A stretch of DNA of 64,000 nucleotides, taken from assembly GCF_006345805.1 (NCBI RefSeq), contig NC_043002.1, positions 30,566,001-30,630,000 of the forward strand, written 5' to 3'. The notes below the pieces were generated by a model that was not told the origin of the DNA, searched no databases, and saw only the letters and a program-made list of their open reading frames with translations. The position numbers were made by a program, and so were the translations under genes. Position 1 is the stretch's first letter, and every line of letters begins with the position of its first letter. The stretch is from Octopus sinensis (lineage: Eukaryota). This document shows positions 39,757 to 54,566 of this stretch, piece by piece.

Positions 39757-40571
39757 CACACATACATACATACATACATACATACATACATACATACATA
39801 CATACATACATACATACATACATACATACATAAGTGCATACGTTCAATTTATGAACGATAGCAATATATAAGCGGCAACAGATATCTCCAACTGTTTGAT
39901 GATTGTTCTTGTTGAAAACGGTCCACTTTTCCCCTTCTTTATTTCTCTCAGATTTCGATTGCGCGTATAACTGAAACGTGAACGGACGGCGTTCCATAGG
40001 AGAAGAGGTGGTGATTGGGAGATCGAAGGAGCGAGACAAAGATGTCTTTCAGTTGACATGCAGAGGGTGTTTGCGGGGTGAAGTAGGAAAAAGTAATTGA
40101 GAACTAGGAGACAAGGGAAAGATGAATGTATAACAGAACCGAAAATTCGTGGGTGTTATGTGTAGGATATCACGCTCTTAAATTTTAGATAGATGCATAG
40201 TTCAACAAATATACATACATACATACACACACACACACGCAAGCACACACATACAAAAACACATACATACAGTGAGAGAGACAGAGAGAAAGAGAAAGAG
40301 AGAGAGAGAGAGAAAGAGATAAGCAGATGATACTGAGATCTGAAAATAAGATGTATCGTCGGAGAATATTATGCGTAAATATATATACCTGCACAGACAC
40401 ACACACACAGACATAGAAACACAGAAACACACACACACACACAGAAATATAAAAGTATATTATATGTGCATTTTTGTATATATATATATATATTATATAT
40501 GCATATAGAATGTATATATATTTATTTGTAAAGATATATATATAAACACATACGCACACATATGTATATAC

Positions 40572-40624
<53 letters not shown>

Positions 40625-40812
40625 GAGAGAGAGAGAGAGAGAGAGCAATTAGTGAGGCATTATCAATCCGGGCAAAATACTTCATAAACGCGCTGTTGGC
40701 ACACCAGGCTAACTGTATTACTTAGATTAGTGAAGAACTCCTGGTAATCTGTTGGTAGGCTCTAAGGTTATGGTAGGCCGTTCAATATGCCTTAGTTGAT
40801 CAATAGAACAGT

Positions 40813-41115
40813 ACCTGTGGCCGTGTGTTAAGAAGCTTGTTTCCCAGCCACATGGTTCCGTATTCAGTCCCACTCGTGGCATCTTGGGCAAGTATCTTCT
40901 ACTATAGTCATGGGCCGACCAAAGCTTTGTGAGTGGATTTGGTAGACGGAAGCTGAAAGGAGCCCGTCGTATTATGTTTGTGTGTCTGTGTTTGACACCC
41001 CACCATCGCATGACGACCGATGTTAATGTGTTTACATCACCGTAAGTTAGCCGTTCGGCAAAAGACACCGATAGAAAGAATAAGTCCTGGGGTCAATTTG
41101 TTCGAATAAAGGCAC
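40813..41115 (+). mobile_element. SINE family B, partial
   Basis: gtggccgtgtgttaagaagcttg...catcttgggcaagtatcttctac...ataagtcctggggtc. Confidence 0.85.
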
Positions 41116-42779
41116 ACACATTTAGAAAGGAGTTTGGCAAGGTGCTCAAGCTCCTTTGTCAGTAGATTACAGTATAATACGTTCGCGGATATTAGTTCTT
41201 TTACAGTGTTCAGCACATGATAAGCTGGCATACTGGTGCTAGTGTGGAAGTAACCAAATCTGATAGTGTTGCGTTACAATTAGGGTTGGAAAACTAGCAT
41301 GGGTAGGCTGTAGTCTATACTGCAAGCAAAGATTTTATACTCTGTCCTAATGTTTCAGATAGCTAGGTCTAGGATGGAATATCTGTGTTTTTAGTTGCCA
41401 ATAGAACAATAGACGGAGGAAAGATTTTAACGTTGTCTGATGCACTTTAAGACATATATAAATGATTCTTCAACACTGACTGAGGAAGTTGAAAGATCAA
41501 GTCTGCAAATTGAGAGTGTTAGAGTTTCTTTAGTAGTGTCGTAGATAGGAAACTAACGACAGTGATGTTAATAATGATAATGATATAATTAATAATGCTA
41601 ATGAAATTAAGCTTCTCACTAATGTTAACAATAGCACTTTTAGTATTGCTAATATGGCCAGCAACAGACATGGAGATATTTGCCGTATTTCATCAATTGC
41701 AAGATGTATAACTTGTGCTATGAATAGAAACCAGCCAAATTATGTTAAGAATGAAGACCAAGTGGCAATACATATTTATCTGGTTTCGGTTAGTAAGATA
41801 GCTCAGTCTCCTTTTGATGGATCCTGCTGACTGATGAAGTATGTATTGTCTCACCATGGGACAGAGTTCGTAATTGCGAGCTCCGTGTGAGTAATTTGAT
41901 ATTGGAGAAGTCATACCGAAGGTCATGGAATCTGTAGACGAAGCGGTACAAAAATTTCTTTATCTCTGTATCACAAACTGTGCATCTACTGTGTTATACG
42001 TTTCCTTAAAATCATATACTGTCATGTTCATTTAGTGTTTCTTGATGCCATCCGATAATGTGTCGGTGGAAATATAGGCTACAGCCTATGAGAGACTGGA
42101 TGTTCCCAGTAGAAAGTTGATAGGATTTCGACAGTTACAGGCTGCGTCTCAGATTTGAGGCTTTGTACTTGTCTTTTCGTCTATAGTAGCTAACGATGTT
42201 TGAAATGATATTGTTTAGATATAAGTAACTGACCATAACATTATAGGAGAAACAAGTAGTTTGTACACAGAACTGCTACCCAGTAAAATGCTTCCTTGAC
42301 CAAATCTGTACGGATGTAGGATGTTACGTGAGGATCTATGAAATACTACGTGAAATTGATACAGAGTGCAATCGAAGGAATCAAATTGAAAAGAAAATGA
42401 CGATGAAGATAAATGTATATGTATGTATCTGTATGTTAGTTTATCTATCTACTTATATATCTTTCTATCTATCTATCTAAAAGAGAAGGGAAGGAAATGA
42501 TGGCAGGAGGGAAATTATAGAAGACAAAGGATACATGGGGCAAAAGATTGTGTCACAAATAAAATACAAAAATTATGTGATAATCGATGAAATAAACAGA
42601 ACAACAGAATAATATAAAACATTTGCGAAAAAGGCAGAAGTGTGAATCCATACATCAATGTATGCATGCTTTTATATGCAAGTGAGTGTGCACATATGAA
42701 CACACAAATACGCACGCAGACACAGACACAGACACACACTATTATACTTGTGCATGTGTTTGAAAATATACATCTATAT

Positions 42780-43370
<591 letters not shown>

Positions 43371-43949
43371 GATAAATGCATGTGTGTATATTTGCATGTA
43401 TTCATAAATGCGTATTTGCATATATCTATCAACGCATGGATATGCATACATGTTCATAAACATGTATGCATACATGCAGATATGTATGCTTGAATGTATG
43501 CATGTATATGTATATATACATATAATTGTGTGTGTGTGTGTGTGTTTAGCTGGTTTCTAGATCCTTCTTAATCCATTCCGTCTACAAAGAAGTCTGGACT
43601 AAGTCTGAAATCTGAGACAAACGTTTATGATTAGTTGTCTCAAATTTCATTTAATAATGGTTCATTCTATAGGCAATATTGAGAAATCTAGTGAAAATGT
43701 GTCTGTGTGTCACTACGTTAGCGGATTAACGGTTATCGAGACATATTGTTTGTTCGGTGCCTGAGTATAATGCGTAGAAGTGTGTGGAAGTAAATGGTAA
43801 GATGTCCGTTTGGCGATGACGCTTTTGTGTTGTCGAGCAAGACTTTATAACATTTATAATTTCTTTTGTTAAAATCTTAAGTTCGTATCCCACTAGTGCT
43901 AGAATGGTTAGTCCACATTACTCTGTTACGTGCATATGGCCATCTGCAT

Positions 43950-44100
43950 GATTACTCATATTCACCAGCTGAGTGGTCTGGATTAACGTGAAATTAAGTG
44001 CTTCGCTCAAGCACACAACACATTGCCCGACTCAAGAGTCGAAACCACAATATTACGATCATGACTGCAACAACCTACCCACTAAACCATGCGTCTCCAC
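43950..44100 (-). mobile_element. Degenerate SINE family C 5' part
   Basis: cagctgagtgg.ctgga..aacgtgaaat.aagtg.....ctcaag.acacaacaca and ccactaaaccatgcg. Confidence 0.65.
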
Positions 44101-44344
44101 ACTTGTTGACTGAATCTGTCGCCTTGTGGGATAACACTAGCATGGTTTTTATGCGCGTTTGGCGGGGTTCACTCTGTTGCAACGACTTGGGCTCGGTTAT
44201 GATTTTAAGAAAAATAACCTCTTTTTCGTCCACGTGACTCGGAGCCCTGCAAGGTGTTATAGGCATTACCTTACCTTCTGATTACAAGATAAAATAAAGT
44301 CTTCTACGGGTGACCATCTTTATGTGTATATGTGTTGCTGACAC

Positions 44345-44715
44345 AACACACACGTGTGTGTGTGCTTCCGTCTACCAAATCCACTCACAAGGCTTTAGTC
44401 GGCCCGAGGATATAGTAGAAGACAATTGCCCAAGGTGCCACGCAGTGGGACTGAACCTGAAGCCATGTGGTGGATAAGCAAGCTACTTACCACACAGTCA
44501 CACACACACACACTCACTCACACCACACACACACACCACGTGTGTGTGTGCTTCCGTCTACCAAATCCACTCACAAGGCTTTAGTCGGCCCGAGATATAG
44601 TAGAAGACAATTGCCCAAGGTGCCACGCAGTGGGACTGAACCTGGAGCCATGTGGTGGATAAGCAAGCTACTTACCACACAGTCACACACACACACTCAC
44701 TCACCACACACACAC
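44345..44715 (-). mobile_element. Two tandem SINE family B heads (local duplication, about 185 bp)
   Basis: Both share private variants acaattgccc and gtggataagc. Confidence 0.9.
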
Positions 44716-44742
44716 ACACACACACACACAACAATATATATA

Positions 44743-44775
<33 letters not shown>

Positions 44776-44816
44776 CGTACATACGCACACATACATATGC
44801 ACTAACTCACATACAC

Positions 44817-44995
44817 ACGTTTCGTATCCGAGATGCCTGATGTAAACAATAATTAGATCGAAAACGAAAAATGGGTAATGGGCGAATATGCCATTTTGAA
44901 TAACTTTTGACGTATGGGCATATACGTCCATTACCCATTTTTTAAAATCTTCGATCCCATTGTTGCTTACATCAACCGTCTCGGATACGAAACGT
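44817..44995. mobile_element. Fold-back/MITE, about 78-bp imperfect arms
   Basis: acgtttcgtatccgaga...atgggtaatgggcgaatatgcc versus ggcatatacgtccattacccat...tctcggatacgaaacgt. Confidence 0.85.
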
Positions 44996-45748
44996 CATAA
45001 GAAAATCAGTGCAGGTTATAATTTCTATCGAAACGAGTGACTTTCTTTTTATATATATCTGACCTGATTGGGACGCAAATGTGTAGCCATGCCTCCACAA
45101 AGCAGTAGGCAAAAGGTTTAGGATTTTCGACCTTTAGAACTGCAATAAAGACATTCATATATCCAGTACTTCCTTCACTTTAGATTTTGTTTCTTTGATT
45201 CATTTGTAAAAATGTTCTGCGGGTGTAGTTTGTGTGCAGCCACGGATGATGCTGACTATGCTCTTTCAGACAATCTTTAGTTTGTTGTGGAGAGATTGGG
45301 GCCTAATATCGATTTGCAAAATCCTTGATGGATTTAATACGTTGTTTATGGATTTAATACGTTGCCTTCTTTTCTGCTTTCCTTAAATGCGTAGTATGTG
45401 ATGTTAAAAGATTGCGATTCATTTTGTCTTCTCTTTCCTGTTGTCTAACAAAGCAGTGATTAGAGTGATGCGTTTTTTTATAATTCCTAGATTAATCAAT
45501 GTTTGCTTCAGGATTTTAGTAAGAGACAAAATAATATTTTGTACTCGTTCCTGAGATATGCAAAAGGATTATTTCTTACACGAATTTTTCTGATGAATAC
45601 CGGCTTTTTTTGCATGATGTAACACTTCTTTTCATCAACAAAAACCACGCGGGAAACAGCTGAAGTGAACCTCAATTTCCATCTGTTCTTATATGTGTGT
45701 GTGTATAAAATTGCTAATCAGTATTTCTCTTCATATACGATCATCAAG

Positions 45749-45938
45749 TAGGCGCAGGAGTGGCTGTCTGGTAAGTAGCTTGCATACCAACCACATGGTT
45801 CCGGCTTCAGTCCCACTGCATGACATCTTGGGCAAGTGTCTTCTACTATAGCCTCGGGCCGACCAAAACCTTGTGAGTGGATCTGGTAGACGGAAACTGA
45901 AAGAAGCCCGTTGTATATATATATTCAGGAGTTCATGA

Positions 45939-45970
<32 letters not shown>

Positions 45971-46250
45971 ATTTATATATATATATACACAACGGGCTTC
46001 TCTCTCTCTCTATATATATATGTATGTATATATATATATGTTTGTGTGTCTGTGTTTCTCACCCAATCATCGCTTTGTCAACCGATGCTGGTGTGCTTAC
46101 GTCCCCGTAACTTAGCGGTTCAGCAAAAAGAAGTCGATAGAATAAGTACTAGGCTTACAAAAAATAAGTCCTGGAATCGATTTTCTCGACTAAAGGTGGT
46201 GCTCCAACATGGCCGCATTCAAATGGTTGAAACAAGTAAAAGAGTAAAAG
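45749..46250 (+). mobile_element. SINE family B, full length
   Basis: taggcgcaggagtggctgt...gaaacaagtaaaagagtaaaag. Confidence 0.92.
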
Positions 46251-46262
46251 TGTATATACATT

Positions 46263-46296
<34 letters not shown>

Positions 46297-46341
46297 ATAT
46301 ATATATATATATACATACATATGTATGTATATATATAAATT

Positions 46342-46380
46342 AAAGACGAATCTAATTCAACCTTTTTACATATTCTTATA

Positions 46381-46425
<45 letters not shown>

Positions 46426-46770
46426 GTGTGTGCGTGCGTGTGTGCGTGTGTGTAAAAAGGTTGAATTAGATTCGTCTTTTAATTTGGAGTTTTCCGAAAT
46501 AGATTTCTAATATTCATTTTTCATACTTTGCTGGTAGTTTACAGGTGTGAATTTGCGAATATGAAAATAATACTTGTATATGATGTGATGTGAATTTATA
46601 AAAAGAAATCCTATAAAATTCAACAATTTTGTTATAAATAGAGAAGAGAAGAGGTTAAAATATATACGAGAGAAATTAAAGTCATGCAGACGATCGTTTC
46701 GTACTGAGATATACAAATCAGGCAAATTTATGGTTGAAATGAATTAATTTAATTAATTAAATTAATTATA
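46342..46770. mobile_element. Element terminus (minus strand 46451-46770) plus 29-bp inverted copy of its end flanking a (TG)n tract
   Basis: aaagacgaatctaattcaacctttttaca (46342-46370) is the exact reverse complement of 46451-46479; GAAA-CGAUCG-UC half-hammerhead at 46689-46700 on minus. Confidence 0.7.
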
Positions 46771-47200
46771 TATCACCGTAATCTTTAGTGCAAGAAGTAT
46801 AAACAAAATTTTTACAAAGGACTTGAGAAAGGAAATAGCAGAATAGGAATTAGGGGATTCATATTTATCCTTATGAGAAAAAGACTTGTGAGTCCAATTA
46901 GGTATGAACTATAACTAAAAATCTATAGCGGTTATTTCAAATAACCGTAATAATTTTAACTATGGGACATCAAAAATCTTTTAAGAGATTAAGGCCTCTA
47001 TGTGTTTTCATCCAGCCCAGCGATGTCCTATGTGGGTACTGATGCGAACGGTTACTACAACCAGCAGTTTATGGAGTATAGTTCATCCTTATGCCTGCAG
47101 AATGACACTATTTCCAGCTTCCTGTATAACATATTAAAATGTTGAGAGGTAAAGTGACGCTTCTCTGTCATGCACACAATGTATCTGATTGATTCAAATG

Positions 47201-47413
47201 CGAATGGGATGTTGAAAAGGTCCTGTCTTTAAGGGTATCATGAAAGTCCTGGCTAGAGGCCCAAACGTCCGATGACTCTTAGGGTGCTTAGAAAACTGAA
47301 GGACTCCTTCGGTAAATGAATCTGAGGTGGGGATATGTTGAATAAAATCATAAGTAACTGATCCTCCTGTATTTTCATTTCAGAAAGCAAGAAATTTTCA
47401 GCATCCACCCGTG
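47201..47413 (-). mobile_element. Mariner-type MITE copy
   Basis: gttgaataaaatcataagtaactgatcctcctg...ttttcagcatcc. Confidence 0.75.
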
Positions 47414-47602
47414 AGTTGTATTGTGTGTGTGAGTACGTGTGCGTGTGTGTGTGTGTGTGTGAGTACGTGTGCGTGTGTGTGTGTGTGTGAGTTACGGAGT
47501 GTGTGTGTTTTGTGTGTGTGGTGTACGTGTGCGTGTGTGTTTTGTGTGTAGTACGTGTGCGTGTAGGTGGGTGTGTGTGTGTATGTGTGTGTGTGTGTGT
47601 AA

Positions 47603-47634
<32 letters not shown>

Positions 47635-47771
47635 ATCCAATAGGGTATCCAACTCAATATTTACACGCTATAATTTATAACTCTATGTAATACGTATCGA
47701 GATCGAATGTTCCAAAATAGAACTAATTTCAAGTTCTCTCGAAAGTTTATAAAATTCGTATAACATGAACA

Positions 47772-47804
<33 letters not shown>

Positions 47805-48262
47805 TACATATACAATGCTTATATTATTGACGTCATATACGTATGTTTGTGTGTGTGTGTATACATACATACGGTTGACGTCATAAACGTTCATATATAT
47901 GTAGGTATGAATGTATTTGAATACGCGTGATTGTGTATCACATCCATACATTACGTATATACACATATCCATGTGTCTTAAAGTGTGTATGTGTATTTAT
48001 GTATATTTATATATGTAGCATATACATCAAATCTCCATTATCAGTAGTTATTGCATTTGCTGATGTCAGTTGTGTGATTGAAAGTAAGTCTTAATTAATG
48101 TACGATATTTCGACAGAAAATGATGACATTTTTGGAAATGTGGGCTTGATATTCAGTGTCACGATTTTGAGTCGTAACACCCTGTTAGGAATAATGAAAA
48201 TCTCTTTAGTGTCATTCCGAAACAACATCATGAACAAGAACAACATAACAATAATAATGATA

Positions 48263-48297
<35 letters not shown>

Positions 48298-49607
48298 AAT
48301 AATGGAGACATATTAATAAAATTTAAATAGGTTATTTCAACGAACATATCAATCATTCACATTAAGCACACACAAATATATATAATGAGTTTAAATTATG
48401 TGCATGCATAAGCGCGTCTGTGTATATATATATATATATACATGCATATTATATATATATATTATATATATAATAATATATATATATATATTAGTATATA
48501 TTATATATATATATATATTATATATATATATATATATACATTCATATATATACATTTTATATATATATGTATATTGTATATATATGTATGTATATAATTT
48601 ATATGTCTGTGTGTATTTAGGTATATATACATATATGTTGATACCTTTATATATATCTATATATATGTATACATATATATATGTTCATGTGTATACACAG
48701 TAAAAGAATGAACATTCTCTCACAAACACACAAATTAAAAACACATGCATATACAATTACCTATGTATGAATATATATGAGTGTATATATATATATATTA
48801 TATATATATATATATATATATTTGTATGTATGCATGTATATAGGTATATATCTATATGTATATCTATATGTATTCCTGTAAACAGACATACATATATAGA
48901 TATATATATTATACATGTATATATATATATAATATATATGTAAAAAAATATATATATATATTCACATATTTATTCATATAGGTATATATGTATATATGGG
49001 TATATATATGTATATCTGTATAAATGTATTTTTTGCAATATATGTGTATGTTATATCAATGTTAAATTAATATGTGCCCTGGGTGAAAATGAAGATAAAA
49101 AAAAGCGATAATAAGACTCAAAGTAGATACAGGGTGAGAAAGGCTCGAAGGGATAAATAATTTACTGCTTAAATAATGAAATATATGATAGCATATAAAA
49201 TGCCTGAGACGAGAGCATAATGATGATAATGATGAAGATGATGATGAAGATGATGATGATGACAACGACGACGACGCCGACTTAAAATTTGAATATAGCC
49301 ATCATATGTAGGGCAAAGGAAGTGCTAATTATAGAATACATTATATGAAGAATGCAGTGTACGTATATGATTAAATCGATGTGTATGTGTGATTGTATGT
49401 GTGTATATGTACATGCCTATTTGTATATAAATGTACATACTTATGTATATATGCATATCTGCAATATGTATGTAAGCATACATAAACACACACGCACATA
49501 TATATATGTATACGATTAAAGAAGATACATATAGAATATGCTCTATATTTATGGTATAGTCATATATATTTTTATATGCCTATAATATCTGCATATACAC
49601 ATACATA

Positions 49608-49681
<74 letters not shown>

Positions 49682-49963
49682 TTAATATATATGAATATAT
49701 GTATATGCAATGTATTCCTACATAAGTATTTGGTGACAATGTGCATAATAAAGCTTGTACGAATTCTGGATTAGCCGCCGGTCAAGACAAATGCAAGAAT
49801 ATTGAGATAGTACTCTGAAAATAAGCTATTTTGTATGTAGAAATGTCATCAATATACATACATACAAATATACATACATACATACACTCACGAACATGTA
49901 TATATATATATATATATAAGTGTATACATGTGTATAAATTATATATATATATTATTTTTTATG

Positions 49964-50260
49964 CGCTCTTTTCAAACCTAGCCAGTCTCATGGGCCTGAT
50001 TTCCCGGTTTCTGTGGCGTATGTGTTACCCCCACCGGGACGGGGCGCCAGTCCATCGCAGCGTTACTCAAAAAACAGGAAGAAATAGAGGAAGTTGGGGC
50101 GAAAGAGTACAACATGGGTCGACCCCCCCCCCTGCCGGAGCCTTGTGGAGCTTTAGCTGTTTTCGATCATTAAACACTCATAACGCCCGGTCTGAGAATC
50201 GAAACCGCGACCCTCCAACTGCGATTCAGCTGCCCTAACCACTGGGCCATTGTGCCTCAC
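49964..50260 (-). mobile_element. SINE family E with alternative tail
   Basis: gtgaggcacaatggcccagtggttagggcag...gtttcgattctcagaccgggcgtt on minus. Confidence 0.85.
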
Positions 50261-50879
50261 ACACACACAAAGCTTCACCTCACTGCTAGAGTGATAGTAG
50301 TAAAGTTTAAAATTTCAGCAACAAGAGATGGATATGTGTATCAGGAGACATAAGATTTGTATGGCTGATGTAGCATTGAAATATAATTTGCTAAAATTCT
50401 TTGCATACGCAGATTCCAAAACTAGGATTTTACAAGCATGCAGAAATTAACACCAGCATCTTTCGCAAACTTTCATTACAATGCTAGGAGTAGAGATCTT
50501 TAAGCAATTTAAGAGAGACAGTGGTAAACTTTTAACTTTTAGCAGCAAGGGGTGAATATGTGTATCAGAAGACATAAGAATTTTATGGTTGATGTAGCAT
50601 TGAAATAGGATTTGGCATAAATCTTTCTATACGCAGATCTAAAAATTAGAATTTTTCATTATTTTTATCTTTTCCACTATCCTAGGTGACCTTTTACTGA
50701 ATTCTGTGATACTATGCTGAAGTTTGGATTCAGGAATTGGAAAGATAGCAGAAACTAATTTTACGGACTACATGGATTACAACCACTTTGTCTGGACAAG
50801 TAGGTCAGCCAAATAAATTTCCACAATTTGCTTAAAAAGAATTTTCAATCTTTTCCTCTTTTGTGTTTGTCTTGCAACG

Positions 50880-51058
50880 TTAAAACCACCCAGCAGCCAC
50901 TGTAAAGTGGTTAGCGTTAGGAAGGGTATCCAGACGTAGAAACTAAGCCAAATCTAACTTAACAAGGTGCAGTTCTCTGGCTTGCCAACGCTGTTCAGAA
51001 CGTCTAGCACATGCCAGCATGAAATACAGATGTATAGATGATGATGATGATGATGATG
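50880..51058 (+). mobile_element. SINE family F 3' part with (GAT)n tail
   Basis: gcgttaggaagggtatccagacgtagaaac...catgccagcatg.aa...(gat)n; related minus fragment at 57810-57925. Confidence 0.7.
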
Positions 51059-51522
51059 ATATTTATATATATTATATATATATATAACATATATATACGT
51101 AATTTTTAAGAGGACAACTACGTATTGATGATTATATGTATATATATAATACATATATATATATAACTATATAATATATATATATATATACTATATATTA
51201 TATATATATATATATTATATATATATATATAATATACACCTGTGATTACCTGTGAACTAAACCTCCATATGATATATATATATCGATATATGTGTGTGTG
51301 TGAATTTTACATTCGACTTTTAAGAGAGCCTTCGACTATTTTGCAAATTTAAATATAAATTTTGCCGAGGTTAAATTTTTATCCAATTTTACTCATTTTC
51401 ATATTTGAATTTTAAATTATAATTCTAAATTTTTATATTCATATTACATTTAATTATGTGATATTAATTTATTGTATAATTTTCTTATTTTCTTATTCTA
51501 TAAACCAGAAAAATTTTAAATA

Positions 51523-51999
51523 TTAGTTTGAGGAGAAAAATTCATGCGCCGTGTTAGAGTAATGCTTTTTTATATGATGCAACTTGATCGAGTCTACGAT
51601 GCCAGGGTTAAAAAACACCCAAGACTTCTTCGTCGAAAACGCGCTTTATTTCAACAAAACAATGCAAAACCGCATATCGCCAGAAAGACCAACAACAAGC
51701 CTGAAGACCTGGACGGTGTGGATGTCCTGCCGCATCCAGCCTATAGTTCAGACGTTACTCCATCTGACTACGGTCTCTTCCAATCAACGCAGCACTTTAT
51801 GAAAGGTCTCCGATTTGAGTCATTCGATGAAGTTGAAGAAGAAGGTCAAGAATTTTTCGATTCAAAGCCGAAGGATTGGTACTTTGACCAAATCCGAAAA
51901 TTTGCAGATCGTTTGCAGAAGGTCGTGGAATATGATGGCCTTTATTTTGTATTAAAGATCATTATTTTAACACGCACACGAAGTTTTTCCCCAACGTAG
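51523..51999 (+). mobile_element. Internally deleted mariner element (C-terminal transposase)
   Basis: FQQNNAKPH, VLPHPAYSSDVTPSDYGLF, DRLQKVVEYDGLYF; imperfect TIRs ttagtttgaggagaaaaattc..gtgtt / aacacgcacacgaagtttttccccaacgtag with TA flanks. Confidence 0.9.
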
Positions 52000-52055
52000 T
52001 ACATCTGTATATCTGTATGCTATATATGTTATGGTGTAAATATGTATTTTTATGT

Positions 52056-52095
<40 letters not shown>

Positions 52096-52964
52096 ACGTT
52101 TATGTTTATTTGTATATTTGTATGCGTATCTACATGTGTATTACTATCGCACGTATGTATGTATTTATGTAGATATACATGTCTTTTTATATGTGTGCGT
52201 TTTTATATGTGCATTTGAAAGCTTACTAAAATATCTAATATGTGTTAGATACTTCCTCGGAACGCCATCTTCAAAATCATTTCACTGTCTCTCTTTATCT
52301 ATTTTCTCTTTCTCTTTCTAATTTTCTCTTTCTCTTTCTTTTTCTTTCTCCAACCACTTCTTTTTTTATTCTTTTCCTTTCTCCCACCACTTATTATTCT
52401 CTGATTTTATTTCCGTTTTCTATCTCAAACTTGTAACAACTAATTTGTATATTTGAAATACACACGGAGTAGTAATATGTGCGTATATTATATGTACGTA
52501 GACACTTATATATGCATTTGTGTATATTTATGTTTTTTATGTAGGCATGTACCAACGTTTTTTATGCTTAGTGTATTTACGTATGTATAGGTTTTGGGGT
52601 ATGTGTATGTATCACTAAATGTATATGTATTTTTATGATGTTAGTTCTTTGTAAATTTTTATGATGTTAGTTCTTTCTAGCGGACATATCCTTTTAATTT
52701 ATTTTAATTTATTTTTACCATTAATTAATTTAACCTGGGTATACATGGTTTTTCCTTCTATTAAAGCTAATTTTTGATTTAAGGTCTTTGTCGATATTTT
52801 ATAATAATATGATTTAAAATCGTAATTGCAATTTCATATAACCGGTTATTGAAAATACCGTTATTTGAAAGGACTAATGAAATAAAACGATTTACAAATG
52901 TGTATCTATCAACATAATTTTATATTTATGCATATGACAATATTTTTTTCCATTCTCAACCAAA

Positions 52965-53004
52965 ACTGTCCGATGAGCAGGAAAGGGAAACTCCGAGTAA
53001 CAGT
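52965..53004 (+). ncRNA. Hammerhead-like motif (CCGAUGA core) 34 nt upstream of (TA)n
   Basis: ACUGU-CCGAUGA-gcaggaaagg-GAAA-CUCCGAG-UA-ACAGU; stem I 5 bp, palindromic stem III, stem II unpaired in this copy. Confidence 0.55.
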
Positions 53005-53036
53005 CTTTGTGATGTCTTTGCAGCTTTATTAATAAA

Positions 53037-53071
<35 letters not shown>

Positions 53072-54534
53072 TGTTGAATAAAAATTTAGTTTACACAAGA
53101 TGTATCTTTAAATACCCATAAAATATATTTGAGATTTTCTGGCTAGTTTGTGTTGGATTGTCTATAATACCGAGCACTATAATCGTGACCATTTCTGAAA
53201 GTCCAAATTCAGATAAGGTTTCTACAGAAATAAAATTATACAATAGAAATAATATTATACAGCATAGCTGACCCATACTCTTACTAGACATTCCATGGAA
53301 AAAAAAAATATGCTAGGAGATTCTTGAATATCAAAGAGTATTTACTAAAGGCAACATATATCTTGTGTACGTCAAAAAAAAAACAACAAAAAAAACTAAA
53401 GAAATTTCAGATATATTATTATGAACGCGATAGTGCTGCCAGTTAGATATGAGTATATCCGGAAGTAAGAACCAATCTTGTTATGAAACTTCCGGAATCA
53501 AGAGAGAGTAAATGAATGCCTTGAGAGAATACAGATTATAGCATCTCCTATAATAAAACAAAAATGATGATTTCTGACATAAAACGAAGCGAAAATAATA
53601 AAACAGAATAACCAATGTTTAGGTCCATGTTTATCAGAACGACAAAATACATAGATATATATTGCTGCAACAGTCGTAAAATAGCCACAGAGTAGTTAAA
53701 ATGTCGAAACTTTGCGATAGAAATAAATGTTCTGAGACGAGAACCAGAACAGCGATATGGTTTTTTTATATGTAGTTGGGCACCAGAAGAGGACGGGAGA
53801 GTGAGGAAATCCAAAACTAATGTGAAACAAAAAAAAAAAAAAATTAATAAAAGAAAAAAAATTAAATTATTCTTCCCAGAATTCATTCCAAAATTTCAAG
53901 CACCGCTTTTTGTGTGCTGTCTTTTGTTGTTCTAAATTTGATGTTGGTTTACTTCTCCACCCCCCCACCCCCAGCCACGTACGCAAACACAGCAGTTCTC
54001 AATCGTTAGTTCTCTTCATTGACTTTTATTATTATCTCTGATTTCATAAATGTATGTTACTTTCCTGCATTGATTTTTAGAACATTGAGATGTATTTTGA
54101 TCAATATTTCACATATCTGTCCTTTCTTTTTTCATTACGATTCTATTTGTTTCTGTATATGTATTTGTTTCTACCCGTTCTCAATTCATGATAAAAGACC
54201 TCACCAATTTCATTTCATAAAACCCCTAGAAATATAAAAAATGTTCTGCTACAGACGACATCTTAACAATATTGCCAAATATTAAATGCCGATATTCATA
54301 AAGTATTGCGAAGCAGGCATAACAAAGACTTCACCTTATCTTATTTGAAATTTCGAGAAAATCATATTCTTTACTTGGCACAAGAGCAATTCTCAACAGA
54401 ACATTCCTTGTTTATAAAAAATGTGGGGAGGAAGATGCGTTGTGCTTGTGTTATTTATAGATTTGTCAGGTTGAAATCTAGAGCTCCAAAGTTTTAAAGT
54501 CCTCTGACCGTTCTCCCCCCACCCTCTCTCTTTC

Positions 54535-54566
<32 letters not shown>

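Noticed and set aside
39952-40080. Strong plus-strand acceptor followed by GC-richer sequence
   Set aside because: All three frames contain early stops; a selenocysteine reading has no SECIS support
45100-45620. Decayed retroelement-like coding sequence on the minus strand
   Set aside because: Multiple stops and no diagnostic motif could be read
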